Shown piece by piece: positions 10,519 to 22,790 of a stretch of 64,000 bases of DNA. The notes below the pieces were generated by a model. It had not been told where the DNA came from and did not search any database. It worked only from the letters and a program-made list of their open reading frames with translations. Numbering within the stretch: position 1 is the stretch's first letter; every line of letters begins with the position of its first letter. The DNA is from an uncultured Candidatus Actinomarina sp. (GTDB lineage Bacteria; Actinomycetota; Acidimicrobiia; Actinomarinales; Actinomarinaceae), in the NCBI GenBank assembly GCA_902565645.1, contig CACFFJ010000001.1, positions 30,352 through 94,351 of the forward strand, written 5' to 3'. The translations under genes were made by a program, and so were the position numbers.

Positions 10519-10871
10519 TAAAAATTTATCCCTTTTTCTCTTATTCCATCAGCTAAAGCTTCTACTCTTCCGTGATATACATAGCCACCTCTATCAAACA
10601 CTGCTTCACCTATGCCTAATTTAATTAATTGTTCTCCCATCATCTGTCCAACTTTTTTAGCTGTTTCAAGTGATAAGGGCTCAGATTTTAATTCATCTGA
10701 TAAAGTGCTTGAAGTTGCAATTGTTTTTTGATTTAAGTCATCTATAGCTTGAACGTAAATATTTTTATTACTTTTATAAACTGCGAGCCTAGGTTTCTTT
10801 TCCATACCAATAATCTTTTTTCTTATTCTTATTTTCCTTCTCTGTCTTAAATTTTTATTATTTAATTTCAT
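10518..10871 (-). CDS. rplR: 50S ribosomal protein L18
   Basis: 117 aa with PRL.VY.SN..IY.Q.IDD and YHGRV.A.AD..RE.G..F. Confidence 0.96.
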   Translation of the reverse strand: MKLNNKNLRQRRKIRIRKKIIGMEKKPRLAVYKSNKNIYVQAIDDLNQKTIATSSTLSDELKSEPLSLETAKKVGQMMGEQLIKLGIGEAVFDRGGYVYHGRVEALADGIREKGINF

Positions 10872-10874
10872 ACT

Positions 10875-11429
10875 TTATGCTCCAGTTGTAGCAACAGCGG
10901 CCTTGCCTGCTTTTCTTCTAACATATTCATCTTCGTATCTGATACCTTTTCCCTTATAAGGTTCAGGAGGTTTAATAGCTCTTATGTTTGCTGCAACTTG
11001 CCCAACAAGTGCTTTATCTATACCAGAAATTATTATTGTGTTTTGGTCAGGTACTTCAAATTTGATATTTTCAACTTTTTTATAAATTACGGGATGAGAA
11101 AAACCACATAAAATTTCTAAGTCATTACCTTTTAGTGTAACCCTATGTCCTACACCTACTAAAGATAGAGTTTTCTTATATCCTTCTGAGACACCAACTA
11201 TATTATTTGACACTAAAGATCTGTATAGACCATGAAGACTTTTTACTTCTTTATCATCTGATGATCTAGAAAAAACTAAGGATTCAGATTTTATTTCAAA
11301 TTTTATTCTTTCATCTACAACTTTAGTAGTTAGTTCACCTTTACTACCTTTAACTAATATTTCCATTCCAATTGCTTTAACTTCTACGCCTTCTGGGATA
11401 ACTATTGGCTTATTTCCTATACGACTCAT
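10875..11429 (-). CDS. rplF: 50S ribosomal protein L6
   Basis: Canonical MSRIGNKPI start at 11429, with an ATGA overlap on the rpsH stop. The ORF track extends it to a TTG at 11435. Confidence 0.96.
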   Translation of the reverse strand: MSRIGNKPIVIPEGVEVKAIGMEILVKGSKGELTTKVVDERIKFEIKSESLVFSRSSDDKEVKSLHGLYRSLVSNNIVGVSEGYKKTLSLVGVGHRVTLKGNDLEILCGFSHPVIYKKVENIKFEVPDQNTIIISGIDKALVGQVAANIRAIKPPEPYKGKGIRYEDEYVRRKAGKAAVATTGA

Positions 11430-11824
11430 GACCAAACCTCACAAATTATTTCTCCGCCTAATTTTCTCTTTCTAGCTTCTGAATCAGACAATAAACCTCT
11501 GGAAGTTGAAACTATAACGGTTCCTAAACCACCATTATTTCTAGGCAATTTATCAAAGCTTGAATATATTCTTTTACCTGGTCTAGAAAGTCTATTCATT
11601 CCTGAAATAACAGACTTTCCTTCTTCAGAATATTTTAATTCAATATTAATTATTTTTTTTGATCCTTCGCCTAAAGTTTTTACATCTAAAACATACCCTT
11701 CTTCTTTCAATAGCTTCACTAATTCATATTTATATTTAGAATGAGGAACTTCAATACTGTTTTTAGATACCATAGATGCATTTCTCAATCTAGTAAGTAA
11801 GTCTGAAATTGGATCTGTAGTCAT
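11426..11824 (-). CDS. rpsH: 30S ribosomal protein S8
   Basis: MTTDPISDLLTRLRNA... The ORF is open to 11833. Confidence 0.96.
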   Translation of the reverse strand: MTTDPISDLLTRLRNASMVSKNSIEVPHSKYKYELVKLLKEEGYVLDVKTLGEGSKKIINIELKYSEEGKSVISGMNRLSRPGKRIYSSFDKLPRNNGGLGTVIVSTSRGLLSDSEARKRKLGGEIICEVWS

Positions 11825-11826
11825 TA

Positions 11827-12132
11827 TTACCACGAAGCTTTCTTTATGCCAGGAAGTTCTCCCTTTAATGCTAAATCCCTGAATGTATTTCTAGACATTC
11901 CAAATTTTCTTAATGTACCTCTTGGTCTGCCGGTAACTTGACACCTATTTCTATGACGAGTAGCTGAAGCATCTCTTGGCATTTTTGCAATTTTCTTTTG
12001 AGCTTCTCTTTTATCATCATAAGATGAATCAGGATCTTTTATAATTTTTAATAGCTCTCTTCTTTTTTCATAGTAAAAATTTGAAGTTTCAAACCTCTTG
12101 TTATTTTTAGCAACTTTACTTGTTTTAGCCAT
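11827..12132 (-). CDS. rpsN: 30S ribosomal protein S14, long zinc-independent type
   Basis: 101 aa ending ..[29 protein letters not shown]. There is only one Cys, so no CxxC pairs. Confidence 0.95.
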   Translation of the reverse strand: MAKTSKVAKNNKRFETSNFYYEKRRELLKIIKDPDSSYDDKREAQKKIAKMPRDASATRHRNRCQVTGRPRGTLRKFGMSRNTFRDLALKGELPGIKKASW

Positions 12133-12134
12133 AA

Positions 12135-12680
12135 TTAATTCTCCCTAAATGGAAATCCTAAAGAATTTAATAATACATGTCCTTGATTGTTATCGTTAGC
12201 AGTAGTACAAATAGTAATATTCATTCCTCGAATATCCCTAACTTTGTCATATTCAACTTCAGGAAAAACTAATTGTTCATTTAAACCTAAAGAATAATTA
12301 CCATTTCCATCAAAAGACTTCATACTGAATCCTCGAAAATCTCTAATCCTTGGTACTACTACTTGAATAAATCGGTCATAAAACTCCCACATTCTGTCAC
12401 CTCTAATTGTTACAGACGCACCTATAGGCATTCCCTCTCTGATTTTGAAACCAGCGATGGATTTTTTTGCCCTTTTTATAATTGGCTTTTGTCCAGAAAT
12501 AGCGGCCAACTCTTCAACCATAGATTCCAGTGCTCTACCATCTGTAGCAGCTTTTCCATCACCTATATTTATTACAATTTTTTCTAGAGTAGGTATCTCA
12601 TTAACGTTACTTAGATTAAGTTCTTTTTTAATCTTTGTAGCTAATTCTGAATTATACCTATTTTTTAATCTAGGGCTCAT
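12135..12680 (-). CDS. rplE: 50S ribosomal protein L5
   Basis: 181 aa. Position and L5 motifs (..ITIRG..M.EF.DR..). Confidence 0.96.
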   Translation of the reverse strand: MSPRLKNRYNSELATKIKKELNLSNVNEIPTLEKIVINIGDGKAATDGRALESMVEELAAISGQKPIIKRAKKSIAGFKIREGMPIGASVTIRGDRMWEFYDRFIQVVVPRIRDFRGFSMKSFDGNGNYSLGLNEQLVFPEVEYDKVRDIRGMNITICTTANDNNQGHVLLNSLGFPFREN

Positions 12681-12979
12681 ACTTCATCACCTGTTTGGGC
12701 AAGTACTCTAAATTTATTGCCATTTTTATCAAATTTATAGTTAACTCTTCCACTTTTCTTATTTACTATCAATGCAACATTTGAAATATTAATTGGCATA
12801 CTCTTATCAATCACTCCACCTTGCATAGTTTGACCTTGAGGTTTTTGGTGCTTCTTTGCTATATTGACACCTTCAACTAAAACCAGGTTCTTTTTAGGAA
12901 AAACTTGTAACACTTTACCTTCTTTTCCATTATCCTTTCCAGAAATTATCTTAACTGTATCTCCTTTTTTAATTTTCAT
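12677..12979 (-). CDS. rplX: 50S ribosomal protein L24
   Basis: 100 aa with the KOW motif KKGD.V.IISGKD.GK.GKV. Confidence 0.96.
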   Translation of the reverse strand: MKIKKGDTVKIISGKDNGKEGKVLQVFPKKNLVLVEGVNIAKKHQKPQGQTMQGGVIDKSMPINISNVALIVNKKSGRVNYKFDKNGNKFRVLAQTGDEV

Positions 12980-13347
12980 TAAAGCACCTCTGGGGCAAGA
13001 GAAACTATTCTCATAAATTTCTTTTCTCTTAACTCTCTACCAACAGGTCCAAAAATCCTTGTACCTCTTGGTTGGGCTTGATCATTTAAAATTACACAAG
13101 CATTTTCATCAAATCTTATATATGTACCATCTTTTCTTCTTGTTTCTTTTCTTGTTCTTACAACAACTGCCTCAACAATATCACCTTTTTTAATCTGGCC
13201 TCCAGGGATTGCGTCTTTAACGGTAGCCGTAAATACATCTCCTACGCCTGCGTATCTAATTCTTGAACTTCCTTTAACTTTTATACATAAAACTTCTTTT
13301 GCACCAGAATTATCTGCAACTTTAAGACGTGACTCTTTCTGTATCAT
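12979..13347 (-). CDS. rplN: 50S ribosomal protein L14
   Basis: 122 aa starting [18 protein letters not shown]. Confidence 0.97.
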   Translation of the reverse strand: MIQKESRLKVADNSGAKEVLCIKVKGSSRIRYAGVGDVFTATVKDAIPGGQIKKGDIVEAVVVRTRKETRRKDGTYIRFDENACVILNDQAQPRGTRIFGPVGRELREKKFMRIVSLAPEVL

Positions 13348-13607
13348 CTCGCCCTCTCGATCACTTCAGCTACTCTCCATCTTTTTGTTTTTGAAATTGG
13401 TTTAGTTTCAATTATTTTTACAGTGTCCCCAATCTTAGAATCAAATTTATCATCATGAGCATGCAACTTTCTTGTTTTCTTAACAATTTTTCCATATTTT
13501 GGATGAGGATACTGAAGTTCAATAGCAATAGTTACTGTATTTTCTCTATTATCAGAAACGACAACACCCGTTCTTACTTTTCTTGAAGTTCTAGTTAATT
13601 CACTCAT
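13344..13607 (-). CDS. rpsQ: 30S ribosomal protein S17
   Basis: 87 aa with G.VVSD....T..V......HP.Y.K. Confidence 0.95.
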   Translation of the reverse strand: MSELTRTSRKVRTGVVVSDNRENTVTIAIELQYPHPKYGKIVKKTRKLHAHDDKFDSKIGDTVKIIETKPISKTKRWRVAEVIERAR

Positions 13608-13818
13608 CTTCTCTTTCTCTCATGTTTTTTTCTTCTTCTTTTTCTTTTAAAACAGTATTGGTTTGAGCAATTTCTTTTTTTATTTTTTTAAATATTGAAG
13701 TATCTTCTATTTGACTTGTTGCTAAAGAAAACCTTGCATCCATTAACTCTTTCTTAAGATCGAAAATCTTATTTTCTAGTTCACTGACTGAAAGCTCTCT
13801 TAAATCTTTAATACTCAT
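13600..13818 (-). CDS. rpmC: 50S ribosomal protein L29
   Basis: 72 aa with ..LRELS..EL......LK.EL...RF. Confidence 0.93.
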   Translation of the reverse strand: MSIKDLRELSVSELENKIFDLKKELMDARFSLATSQIEDTSIFKKIKKEIAQTNTVLKEKEEEKNMREREDE

Positions 13819-14225
13819 ATATTCCTTGATACAAATTTAGTTTTAATTGGTAACTTGTGACCTGCTTTTCTCATTGCTTCTCTTGCTACGTCTTCCGGTA
13901 CACCAGAAATTTCAAATATTATTCTACCTGGCTTAACAACAGCAACATAATATTCAACATTACCTTTTCCTGAACCCATTCGCACTTCAGCAGGCTTTTG
14001 TGTCACTGGCTTATGGGGAAATATATTTATCCATACTTTACCCCCTCTTTTCATTGTTCTAGTAATTGTTATACGAGCAGCTTCAATTTGTCTCCCGGTT
14101 ATATAAGAAGTTTCTACTGCTTGAAGTCCATAATCACCAAATTGAACTTCATTCCCACCTTTTGACATTCCTTTTCTTCTGCCTCTGTGAGATTTTCTAT
14201 ATTTAGTTTTTTTCGGCATCAACAT
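13815..14225 (-). CDS. rplP: 50S ribosomal protein L16
   Basis: 136 aa starting [15 protein letters not shown]. Confidence 0.97.
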   Translation of the reverse strand: MLMPKKTKYRKSHRGRRKGMSKGGNEVQFGDYGLQAVETSYITGRQIEAARITITRTMKRGGKVWINIFPHKPVTQKPAEVRMGSGKGNVEYYVAVVKPGRIIFEISGVPEDVAREAMRKAGHKLPIKTKFVSRNI

Positions 14226-14227
14226 AT

Positions 14228-15118
14228 TTACTCTTCTTCCAAAATAGACTTCTCTTGTTCGAACTGTTCTTGGGCTTTTTCTCTTGTTATCTTTGTGCCA
14301 CCACCTGCTTCTACTAAATTAGGATTGTTGTCTCCAGCTTTCTTACCACCACCTGCTTCAAGTAAACGTGAATCTTTCGTTTCACCTACTGCTGCTTCTA
14401 CTCTAGACTTGACAGATTTTACCCTACCTCTTGCAGGGCCTCCGCTTGCTAGACTTGCTTCTGCTGCTATTTTGTCTTGATGTAGCTTGTTAGAACTTAC
14501 AACATCACCCTTATATACCCATACTTTCACACCTAAAGTTCCTACTGTTGTATGAGCAGTTGCCCTACCAAAATCTATATCTGCTCTTAAAGTATGGAGC
14601 GGAACTCTACCTTCTCTATACCATTCTCTTCTTCCCATCTCAGCTCCACCAAGCCTTCCAGAGCATTCCACCCTAACGCCTTCAGCTCCAGCCTTTAATG
14701 CAGCACCTACGGCACGCTTCATCGCTCTTCGAAAAGCAACCCTGCTTTCAAGTTGATCTGCAATCGCACGAGCCAATAATTGAGCATCTAATTCTGCATC
14801 CCTAACTTCAATTATATTAAGCTTTACTGGCTGACTTGTTAGTACTTCTAGGCCTTTTCTTAATCTATCTGCCTCAACACCCTTTCTTCCGATTACAACT
14901 CCAGGCCTTGCTGTGTGGATGTCTACCTGAACTTTATCACGAGTTCTTTCAATGTCGATTCTTGATACTGCTCCTTTAATCAATTGAGAAGTCAAAAATT
15001 CTCTAATTTTATAATCTTGGTTAACAAGTTTTGTATAGTCTTTATCACTGAACCATCTTGACTTCCAGTCATTTACAATTCCGATTCTAAATGCATAAGG
15101 ATGTGTTTTCTGACCCAT
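14228..15118 (-). CDS. rpsC: 30S ribosomal protein S3 with a long C-terminal extension
   Basis: 296 aa starting MGQKTHP..FR.G. The core spans about 215 aa, followed by an ~80 aa Gly/Ala/Glu-rich tail containing EAGGG twice. Confidence 0.96.
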   Translation of the reverse strand: MGQKTHPYAFRIGIVNDWKSRWFSDKDYTKLVNQDYKIREFLTSQLIKGAVSRIDIERTRDKVQVDIHTARPGVVIGRKGVEADRLRKGLEVLTSQPVKLNIIEVRDAELDAQLLARAIADQLESRVAFRRAMKRAVGAALKAGAEGVRVECSGRLGGAEMGRREWYREGRVPLHTLRADIDFGRATAHTTVGTLGVKVWVYKGDVVSSNKLHQDKIAAEASLASGGPARGRVKSVKSRVEAAVGETKDSRLLEAGGGKKAGDNNPNLVEAGGGTKITREKAQEQFEQEKSILEEE

Positions 15119-15465
15119 TATTCTCCTGTACTTTCTAATTCAATAGTCAAATGTGATGTTCTTTTATTAATTCTCCCAGCTCTTCCTCTCGCTCTTGGTC
15201 TAAATCTCTTTAAGGTTGGACCTTCGTCAGCAATAGCTTTTGAAATAAACAATTCTGAAGAACTTACCCCAATACTTGACTCTGCATTTGCAATAGCGCT
15301 CTCGAGCACTTGTTTAATTTCTTCCGCGGCTTTTCTTTTTGTGAATGATAAAATATCAAGTGCTTCATTCACTTCTAGCCCTCTTATTAAATTTAGAACT
15401 AATCTAACTTTATAAGGAGATTGTCTCACATATCTACTCTTTGCTCTTATTACTTGATTATCCAC
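15118..15465 (-). CDS. rplV: 50S ribosomal protein L22
   Basis: The ORF track starts at a TTG at 15507, 50 nt inside rpsS. A GTG at 15465 gives a GTGGATAA overlap with the rpsS stop and an N-terminus ..[19 protein letters not shown] typical of L22. Confidence 0.93.
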   Translation of the reverse strand: MDNQVIRAKSRYVRQSPYKVRLVLNLIRGLEVNEALDILSFTKRKAAEEIKQVLESAIANAESSIGVSSSELFISKAIADEGPTLKRFRPRARGRAGRINKRTSHLTIELESTGE

Positions 15466-15727
15466 TGCTCTGTCCCGGGTGTCCTCTAAATGTTCTTGTT
15501 GGTGCAAACTCTCCTAATTTATGGCCAACCATTGCTTCCGTTATAAAAACTGGTAAATGCTGTCTTCCATTATGAACTGCAATAGTTAGGCCTACCATTT
15601 CAGGAACAATTGTTGAACGTCTACTCCAAGTTTTTATTACACTTTTATCTCCACTATTTTGTGCCTTCTCAACTTTGGTCAATAAATGATTATCCACAAA
15701 TGGGCCTTTTCTTAAACTTCTTGACAT
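15458..15727 (-). CDS. rpsS: 30S ribosomal protein S19
   Basis: 89 aa starting [14 protein letters not shown]. Confidence 0.97.
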   Translation of the reverse strand: MSRSLRKGPFVDNHLLTKVEKAQNSGDKSVIKTWSRRSTIVPEMVGLTIAVHNGRQHLPVFITEAMVGHKLGEFAPTRTFRGHPGQSSG

Positions 15728-15731
15728 ATAA

Positions 15732-16565
15732 CTAGCCTCTTCCCCTTTGGGATCTTCCTCGAATAATTGACTTGTTGCTGTATTTTTTCTTTTTTCTTGT
15801 CTTAGCCTCTGGTTTACCCCATGGACTTACAGGAGTCCTACCACCTGAAGATTTTCCTTCTCCACCACCTAAAGGATGGTCAACAGGATTCATTGCAACC
15901 CCTCTTGTTTGAGGCCTAACACCTTTCCAGCGTTTCCTACCAGCTTTTCCTAACTTAGTTAATTCAGCTTCAGCATTTCCAACAGTCCCAACAGTAGCTC
16001 TACAGTCCATAGGGACTGTTCTCATTTCCCCAGAAGGTAACCTCAATAATGCAAGCCCTCCTTCTTTACTCATTAGCTGAACGGAAGATCCTGCAGATCT
16101 TGCCATTTTAGCTCCACCGCCTGGGCGGAGTTCAACTGCATGGACAAATGTACCTGAAGGTATGTTTCTTAAAGGTAGAGAGTTACCGTCTTTAATATCT
16201 GCTTTAGGCCCAGACTCAATTAATGAATCAATTGTTATTCCATCTGGCGCAATTATATAAGCTTTCTCACCGTCCATATAGTGTATTAATGCTATTCTTG
16301 CATTTCTATTTGGATCATACTCAATAGAAGCAACCTTACCTGGTATACCGTCTTTAATTCTTTTGAAATCAAGAACTCTGTACTTCTTTTTATGGCCACC
16401 ACCTCTATGTCTTGATGTGATCCTGCCTTTATTATTTCTACCACCTGTTGATTTTTTTGACTTTATTAAAGATTTTTCAGGCTTAGATTTAGTTATTTCT
16501 TTGAAGTCACCAGATACCTGTCCTCTCATACTTGGTGTTACTGGTCTAATTTTTTTTGATCCCAT
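15732..16565 (-). CDS. rplB: 50S ribosomal protein L2
   Basis: 277 aa with ..GGGHK..YR..DF.R and MNPVDHP.GGGEG. Confidence 0.97.
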   Translation of the reverse strand: MGSKKIRPVTPSMRGQVSGDFKEITKSKPEKSLIKSKKSTGGRNNKGRITSRHRGGGHKKKYRVLDFKRIKDGIPGKVASIEYDPNRNARIALIHYMDGEKAYIIAPDGITIDSLIESGPKADIKDGNSLPLRNIPSGTFVHAVELRPGGGAKMARSAGSSVQLMSKEGGLALLRLPSGEMRTVPMDCRATVGTVGNAEAELTKLGKAGRKRWKGVRPQTRGVAMNPVDHPLGGGEGKSSGGRTPVSPWGKPEAKTRKKKKYSNKSIIRGRSQRGRG

Positions 16566-16567
16566 AA

Positions 16568-16855
16568 TTAAACCCCAAAAGCCTCTATTGTCTGACCTTC
16601 TTGAAGAGTCACTATAGCTATTTTCCTAGTACTTTGTTGTCCAAATACAAATCCAAATCTTTTCTTCTTACCTTTCCTGTACATCGTGTTTACTGAAAGC
16701 ACATCAACATCAAAGAGTTCCTTTACAGCTCTTTTTATTTCTGTTTTATCTGATCCTGGATGCACAAAAAAAGTATATGAATTTGAATCAGCAATACGAT
16801 CATATGACTTTTCTGAAATTACTGGTGATATTAATACATCTTCAAGATATTTCAT
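16568..16855 (-). CDS. rplW: 50S ribosomal protein L23
   Basis: 95 aa. Position in the operon and the pattern ..P..SEK...........F.V. Confidence 0.94.
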   Translation of the reverse strand: MKYLEDVLISPVISEKSYDRIADSNSYTFFVHPGSDKTEIKRAVKELFDVDVLSVNTMYRKGKKKRFGFVFGQQSTRKIAIVTLQEGQTIEAFGV

Positions 16856-17475
16856 TTTGCTTCCTTAGATATATCATTAATGGCATTTATTGAAAAAATA
16901 ATATAATCCTTAGATATAACATCAAATGTTGAAAGTTTTGAAACAGAAATAATATTAGAATTTTTTATATTTCTAAATGACTTTATAAGGGCATCATCAT
17001 TTTCAGAGTAAACAAAAGTAAATGATTTATTTATTTTAAATTCATTAAGAATTGACGAGGCTAGCTTAGTTGATGGCTTCTCCATTCCTTTGCCGTCAAC
17101 AACAAATACTGACTCCTCGCTAATCCTTTTTGAGATTGCCATATCTAAAGATTTTCTTTTCATTTTTTTTGGTGTTCTATCTATATAAACTCTTCCACCT
17201 GGTCCATGAGCTACTCCACCACCTACAAATTGAGGTGACCTTAATGAACCCTGTCTTGCTCTTCCAGTTCCTTTTTGAGCCCACGGCTTAGCACCTGTTC
17301 CTGATACTTGTGCCCTTGTTTTGACTGAAGCAGTATTATTTCTATGATTTGTTCTGTTAGCTTTCGAGACTTGATGAAGGAGCCCAATATTAATCTCATC
17401 AATAACATTAAATTCGTATTGCTCTTCTAAGACTTTTTTCTCTTCAGTTCTATAAGTTGATAATTTAATACTCAT
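16852..17475 (-). CDS. rplD: 50S ribosomal protein L4
   Basis: 207 aa with ..KPW.QKGTGRARQGS.RSPQ..GGG.AHGP. Confidence 0.96.
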   Translation of the reverse strand: MSIKLSTYRTEEKKVLEEQYEFNVIDEINIGLLHQVSKANRTNHRNNTASVKTRAQVSGTGAKPWAQKGTGRARQGSLRSPQFVGGGVAHGPGGRVYIDRTPKKMKRKSLDMAISKRISEESVFVVDGKGMEKPSTKLASSILNEFKINKSFTFVYSENDDALIKSFRNIKNSNIISVSKLSTFDVISKDYIIFSINAINDISKEAK

Positions 17476-17478
17476 TAT

Positions 17479-18183
17479 TTATTCTTCTTCCAAAACTTCT
17501 TCTTTATTGTTTCTTTCTATAATTTTTATTGATGTTGTATTTTTTTCATCAGCATTCAAAAGCTTTACTGCTGGCCTTACTTGAACAATATTTCCTTTTT
17601 TGCCAGGTACTGAGCCATTTACTAAAAGATAATTCTTATCTTCATCGATACCCACAACAGTTACAGATTGAATAGTATTTTTCTCATTACCCATTCTTCC
17701 TGCCATTTTTTGACCTTTAAAAACTCTTCCCGGATAAGAGGCATTTCCTATGGAACCTCCAGCCCTATGTACTTTATGAACACCATGACTTGCTCTTTGT
17801 CCAGAAAAATTATGTCTCTTCATTACTCCGCTGAATCCTTGTCCTTTTGAGAATCCTGTAATGTCAACTTTTTGACCTATTTCAAAAAAGTCTGTGACAT
17901 TTATTATCATTCCAGGTTGAACTCCAGAATCTGGTTCTATTGGAACTTCAAGCAATACCTCCCCTGGCTCAACATTGTTTTTTCTATAATGTTCTGATAC
18001 AGGTTTATTAACATTTTTAGCTTTACCTATTGTTAATTGAGCAGCATTATATCCATCAGAATCTTCAGACTTTATCTGTACCACTCTGCAATCTGAAACA
18101 TCTAGAACTGTTACACCTAAAGCAATAGAATTTTCATCAAATATTTGAGTCATCCCAACTTTTCTTGCTATTAAGGCATTCAT
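17479..18183 (-). CDS. rplC: 50S ribosomal protein L3
   Basis: 234 aa with KVGMTQIF and FSG.RASHG.....HR..GSIG. Ends in an acidic tail ..EEVLEEE. Confidence 0.96.
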   Translation of the reverse strand: MNALIARKVGMTQIFDENSIALGVTVLDVSDCRVVQIKSEDSDGYNAAQLTIGKAKNVNKPVSEHYRKNNVEPGEVLLEVPIEPDSGVQPGMIINVTDFFEIGQKVDITGFSKGQGFSGVMKRHNFSGQRASHGVHKVHRAGGSIGNASYPGRVFKGQKMAGRMGNEKNTIQSVTVVGIDEDKNYLLVNGSVPGKKGNIVQVRPAVKLLNADEKNTTSIKIIERNNKEEVLEEE

Positions 18184-18494
18184 AATTTAATCTCCACTTC
18201 TACACCAGCAGGTAAGTCCAGCCTCATTAACGAATCTACTGTTTTTGGAGTAGGCTCAACTATATCAATTAACCTCTTATGAATTCTCATTTCAAAATGT
18301 TCTCTTGATTTTTTGTCAACATGTGGAGACCTTATAACACAGTATCTATGTATTTGGGTAGGTAAAGGAATAGGCCCCTTGACTTTAGCCTGCGTTTTCA
18401 TAACTGTTTCAGCAATTTTTCGTGCTGATTCATCTACAACATAATTGTCGTAAGCCTTCAGTTTTATTCTTATCTGTTGATCTTTTTTTGCCAT
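18180..18494 (-). CDS. rpsJ: 30S ribosomal protein S10
   Basis: 104 aa with IRIKLKAYD and GPIPLPT. Confidence 0.97.
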   Translation of the reverse strand: MAKKDQQIRIKLKAYDNYVVDESARKIAETVMKTQAKVKGPIPLPTQIHRYCVIRSPHVDKKSREHFEMRIHKRLIDIVEPTPKTVDSLMRLDLPAGVEVEIKL

Positions 18495-18503
18495 TTCTAC
18501 CTT

Positions 18504-18542
18504 AAAAAAACCGGGAGTTTAATTTTACTCCCGGTTTTTTTT
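18504..18542 (-). terminator. Rho-independent terminator/attenuator between tuf and rpsJ
   Basis: A perfect 8-bp GC-containing stem, ccgggagt (18511-18518) pairing with actcccgg (18527-18534), with an 8-nt loop. It is flanked by an A-run and a T-run, so it looks like a terminator on either strand. It starts 3 nt after the tuf stop. Confidence 0.8.
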
Positions 18543-18544
18543 AA

Positions 18545-19729
18545 TTACTCTATAACTTTTGTCACCTGTCCAGCACCTACAGTTCTGCCACCTTCTCTAA
18601 TAGCAAACTTTACTCCTTCTTCCATAGCGATTGGAGATATAAGCTCGACAGAGATTGATACATTGTCACCCGGCATAACCATTTCGGTACCTTCTGGAAG
18701 GTTTACTTCGCCTGTTACATCTGTAGTTCTGAAATAAAACTGAGGTCTATATCCTTTGAAGAATGGGTTGTGTCTTCCACCTTCTTCTTTTGTAAGCACA
18801 TATACTTCAGCTTCAAACTTAGTATGTGGTGTGATTGAACCAGGTTTAGCAATAACTTGGCCTCTCTCAACATCATCTTTCTCAACACCTCTTAAAAGAA
18901 GTCCTACGTTGTCACCAGCTCTACCTTCATCAAGAAGTTTTCTAAACATCTCAACGCCAGTACAAACTGATTTAGATGTTTCCCTAATTCCAACAATCTC
19001 AACTTCTTCGTTAACGTTAACAATACCTTGTTCAATTCTTCCTGTAACAACAGTACCTCTACCAGTGATAGAGAACACATCCTCAACAGGCATCAAGAAT
19101 GGTTTGTCAACTATTCTTGTTGGCTCTTCAATGTAGGAATCAACTTGTTCCATTAATTCTAGAACTGCATTTACTCCTTCTTCTTTCCCTTCAAGAGCTG
19201 CGAGTGCTGAACCTTTAACAACAGGAACATCATCACCTGGAAAGTCGTATTCATTTAATAATTCTCTAACTTCCATCTCTACAAGATCTAAAAGCTCATC
19301 ATCATCTACTTGATCGACTTTATTAAGAAATACTGCAATAGCTGGTACACCAACCTGCCTAGCTAAGAGAACATGCTCTCTCGTCTGTGGCATTGGTCCA
19401 TCTGCTGCAGAAACAACCAAAATAGCTCCATCAACCTGCGCTGCTCCTGTAATCATATTTTTTACATAATCAGCGTGACCAGGCATGTCTACGTGAGCAT
19501 AATGTCTGTTTTCAGTTTCATACTCTACGTGAGCAATCTGGATTGTGATTCCTCTTTCCCTCTCTTCAGGGGCTTTATCAATATCATCAAAAGCAGTAAC
19601 CTCGCCGGAACCAGCTTCAGCTAAAACTTTTGTAATAGCGGCCGTCAATGTGGTTTTACCGTGGTCAATGTGTCCCATTGTACCAACGTTCACATGAGGC
19701 TTGCTACGGTCAAATTTTTCCTTTGACAT
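18545..19729 (-). CDS. tuf: elongation factor Tu
   Basis: 394 aa with [17 protein letters not shown] and NKVD. Confidence 0.98.
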   Translation of the reverse strand: MSKEKFDRSKPHVNVGTMGHIDHGKTTLTAAITKVLAEAGSGEVTAFDDIDKAPEERERGITIQIAHVEYETENRHYAHVDMPGHADYVKNMITGAAQVDGAILVVSAADGPMPQTREHVLLARQVGVPAIAVFLNKVDQVDDDELLDLVEMEVRELLNEYDFPGDDVPVVKGSALAALEGKEEGVNAVLELMEQVDSYIEEPTRIVDKPFLMPVEDVFSITGRGTVVTGRIEQGIVNVNEEVEIVGIRETSKSVCTGVEMFRKLLDEGRAGDNVGLLLRGVEKDDVERGQVIAKPGSITPHTKFEAEVYVLTKEEGGRHNPFFKGYRPQFYFRTTDVTGEVNLPEGTEMVMPGDNVSISVELISPIAMEEGVKFAIREGGRTVGAGQVTKVIE

Positions 19730-19766
19730 ATTTTCTCCTTTTTTTTAAATTCAAACCTATTCAGGT

Positions 19767-21857
19767 TTAAACCTCTACCTCTACTCCACGAATACTCGCA
19801 GTTATTTCTTTAGTTATGCTGTCTGGTACGTCCTCATAACTATCAAACTGCATCGTAAATGTTGCACGGCCTTGAGTTCGAGAACGCAAATCAGTTGCAT
19901 AACCGAACATTTCTGATAATGGTACCTTTGCATTGACGACCTTTGCGGATCCTCTTTGCTCCATTTCAGCTATCTTCCCTCTTCTCGAAGAAAGATCTCC
20001 GACAACATCTCCCATAAAATCTTCTGGTGTAACAACCTCGACAGTCATTACTGGTTCTAATAACTTAACTCCTGCTTTCTTTGCACCGTCCTTTAGTGCC
20101 ATTGATCCAGCTATCTTAAATGCCATTTCTGATGAATCAACATCATGATAAGAACCATCTACAAGAGTTGCTTTAACGTTTACTAATGGGTAACCAGCCA
20201 AGACACCTGACTCCATTGCAGATTCAACACCAGCATTAACAGAAGGTATATACTCTTTAGGTATTCTTCCACTCTTAATTAAGTCAACAAATTCATAGCC
20301 TTCATTTGTAGGTTCAAATTCCATAACTACATGGCCATATTGACCCCTACCTCCACTTTGTCTAATATATTTTGCTTCAACGTTTGCGGATTTCTTAAGC
20401 GCTTCTCTGTATGCTACTTGAGGTTTACCAATATTTGCTTCGACCTTGAATTCTCGCTTAAGTCTATCAACTAGAATATCTAGATGTAACTCTCCCATTC
20501 CTGAAATTATTGTTTGACCAGTCTCTTCGTCTGAATTTACCTTAAATGTTGGATCCTCTTCAGCTAATTTTTGTAAACCTTCTGATAGTTTTTCTTCATC
20601 AGCTTTAGATTTTGGTTCAATAGCTACAGATATTACTGGTTCTGGAAAAGTCATAGATTCTAACTGAATTAAATTTGATGAATCAGATAAAGTATCCCCC
20701 GTTTTTGCATTTTTTAAACCAACTCCCGCAACAATATCTCCTGTAGAAATAAAATCTATGTCTTCTCTTGAATTAGAGTGCATTCTTAAAATTCTCCCAA
20801 GTCTATCATCTTTTCCTGTTGTTGTGTTTTGTACTTTATCTCCCTTATTCAAAGTTCCGGAATAAACCCTGAAATAGGTAAGTTTTCCAACATGGGGATC
20901 ACTAACAACTTTAAAAGCTAAAGCTGAGAAAGGTTCTTCATCTGAATGCTTTCTCTCAATCTCATTATCTTCTTCACCAGGTTTAAAACCTTTTACTGGC
21001 TCTATATCCAAAGGACATGGTAAATAATCAACCACAGCATCTAAAAGAAGTTGAACCCCTTTGTTCTTAAATGCACTACCAGCTAAAACTGGAACAAATA
21101 AACCATCTAAAGTACCTTTTCTTATTGCTTTCTTTATTTCTTCTACAGTAAGCTCTTCATCTCCTAAGTATTTTTCCATTACATCATCATCAGCTTCAGC
21201 AATAATATCTAATAATTCCTGTCTTTTTGATTGGGCTTCATTTAATTTTTCTTCTGGAATTTCAGAAATATCCCATTCAGACCCATCATCTTTAGTCCAT
21301 GTGTGAGCTTTCATTTCAACTAAGTCAATGACTCCAACAAAATTTGCTTCTGACCCAATTGGTATATGTAAAACTGCTGGTCTAGCTTCTAACCTTTCAA
21401 CAATTGATTGGACATCAAAATCAAAGTCGGCACCCGTTCTGTCTAGTTTATTAATAAAGCAAATCCTAGGAACGTTATATTTGTCAGCTTGCCTCCAAAC
21501 TGTTTCAGATTGTGGCTCAACACCTGCAACACCATCAAAAACAGCAACTGCCCCATCTAAAACTCTTAATGACCTCTCTACTTCAACCGTAAAGTCTACG
21601 TGACCAGGAGTATCAATAATATTAATTGTATGATCATTCCAAGAACAGGTAGTAGCAGCAGACGTTATAGTAATTCCTCTCTCTTGCTCTTGTTCCATCC
21701 AATCCATCACAGCCGCACCATCATGAACCTCACCAATTTTGTAAGTTTTTCCTGTGTAATAAAGTATTCTTTCAGTTAAGGTTGTTTTACCAGCATCTAT
21801 ATGAGCCATAATTCCAATATTTCTTAAATTCTTTAAATCTATTGTTCTTCCCGACAT
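19767..21857 (-). CDS. fusA: elongation factor G
   Basis: [17 protein letters not shown] and NKLD. An ATG at 21857 gives the usual spacing to NIGI. The track's alternative is a GTG at 21866 overlapping rpsG. Confidence 0.97.
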   Translation of the reverse strand: MSGRTIDLKNLRNIGIMAHIDAGKTTLTERILYYTGKTYKIGEVHDGAAVMDWMEQEQERGITITSAATTCSWNDHTINIIDTPGHVDFTVEVERSLRVLDGAVAVFDGVAGVEPQSETVWRQADKYNVPRICFINKLDRTGADFDFDVQSIVERLEARPAVLHIPIGSEANFVGVIDLVEMKAHTWTKDDGSEWDISEIPEEKLNEAQSKRQELLDIIAEADDDVMEKYLGDEELTVEEIKKAIRKGTLDGLFVPVLAGSAFKNKGVQLLLDAVVDYLPCPLDIEPVKGFKPGEEDNEIERKHSDEEPFSALAFKVVSDPHVGKLTYFRVYSGTLNKGDKVQNTTTGKDDRLGRILRMHSNSREDIDFISTGDIVAGVGLKNAKTGDTLSDSSNLIQLESMTFPEPVISVAIEPKSKADEEKLSEGLQKLAEEDPTFKVNSDEETGQTIISGMGELHLDILVDRLKREFKVEANIGKPQVAYREALKKSANVEAKYIRQSGGRGQYGHVVMEFEPTNEGYEFVDLIKSGRIPKEYIPSVNAGVESAMESGVLAGYPLVNVKATLVDGSYHDVDSSEMAFKIAGSMALKDGAKKAGVKLLEPVMTVEVVTPEDFMGDVVGDLSSRRGKIAEMEQRGSAKVVNAKVPLSEMFGYATDLRSRTQGRATFTMQFDSYEDVPDSITKEITASIRGVEVEV

Positions 21858-21859
21858 AC

Positions 21860-22327
21860 TTACCACCTATAGTGAGCAAATGCTCTATTTGATTCTGCCA
21901 TCTTATGAACATCTTCACGTTTTTTAACAGATGCACCAGTCTTTTTGCTTGCATCAATAATTTCACGACCTAATCTTTCGGCCATTGTTTTCTCTCCTCT
22001 ATTTCTTGATGCATCAACAATCCATCTTATAGCTAAAGTTGTACCTCTTCTGTGTGGTACTTCCATAGGAACTTGGTAGTTTGTACCGCCAACCCTTCTA
22101 GATTTAGTTTCAATCTGTGGTTTAACATTTTCAAATGCTTCTTTTAGTGTATTTAGAGGATCTCCTCCACTTTGCTTTTCTACTAATTCAAGAGCTTTAT
22201 AAACTATGTTTCTTGCTGTATCTTTTTTACCATCTAATAAAACTTGGTTAGTTAATTGTGAAACTAAAATACTGTTAAATAAGGGGTCTGCCTCAGCTTT
22301 TCTTTTTAAGGATGGTCCTCTTCTCAT
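21860..22327 (-). CDS. rpsG: 30S ribosomal protein S7
   Basis: 155 aa ending ..AFAHYRW. Confidence 0.97.
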   Translation of the reverse strand: MRRGPSLKRKAEADPLFNSILVSQLTNQVLLDGKKDTARNIVYKALELVEKQSGGDPLNTLKEAFENVKPQIETKSRRVGGTNYQVPMEVPHRRGTTLAIRWIVDASRNRGEKTMAERLGREIIDASKKTGASVKKREDVHKMAESNRAFAHYRW

Positions 22328-22329
22328 AA

Positions 22330-22698
22330 TTAACCTTTTTTACTTCCGTATCTTGATCTAGCTTGTTTTCTTTCTCCTACACCTGAAGTATCGAGTGCGC
22401 CTCTGATTACCTTGTATCTAACTCCTGGTAAGTCTTTGACTCTTCCACCTCTTACTAAAACAATTGAATGCTCCTGAAGATTATGCCCTTCTCCTGGGAT
22501 GTAAGCGGTTACTTCAGTTCCCGTAGATAATCTAACCCTACAAACTTTTCTTAAAGCTGAATTCGGCTTCTTAGGAGTAACAGTGTACACACGAGTACAA
22601 ACCCCTCTCCTTTGAGGAGATCCCTTTAATCCTGGTGTCTTCTCTTTAGACACTTTGGATTTACGTCCTTTTCTTACCAACTGCTGTGTAGTAGGCAT
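22330..22698 (-). CDS. rpsL: 30S ribosomal protein S12
   Basis: 122 aa with MPT..QL.R.GR and [10 protein letters not shown]. Confidence 0.98.
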   Translation of the reverse strand: MPTTQQLVRKGRKSKVSKEKTPGLKGSPQRRGVCTRVYTVTPKKPNSALRKVCRVRLSTGTEVTAYIPGEGHNLQEHSIVLVRGGRVKDLPGVRYKVIRGALDTSGVGERKQARSRYGSKKG

Positions 22699-22790
22699 TA
22701 GTTTTCCAATCTAAATATTGTATTTTTTTCTTACCGAAAAAGAAGTATATGACAGATTTAAACTTACAACAATGAATTATTCACAAGTTT

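Noticed and set aside
22699-22790. A possible terminator in the rpoC-rpsL spacer (CUUCUUUUUCGGUAAGAAAAAAA).
   Set aside because: The arms are mirror-like rather than complementary. Only a short A-U/G-U stem can form.
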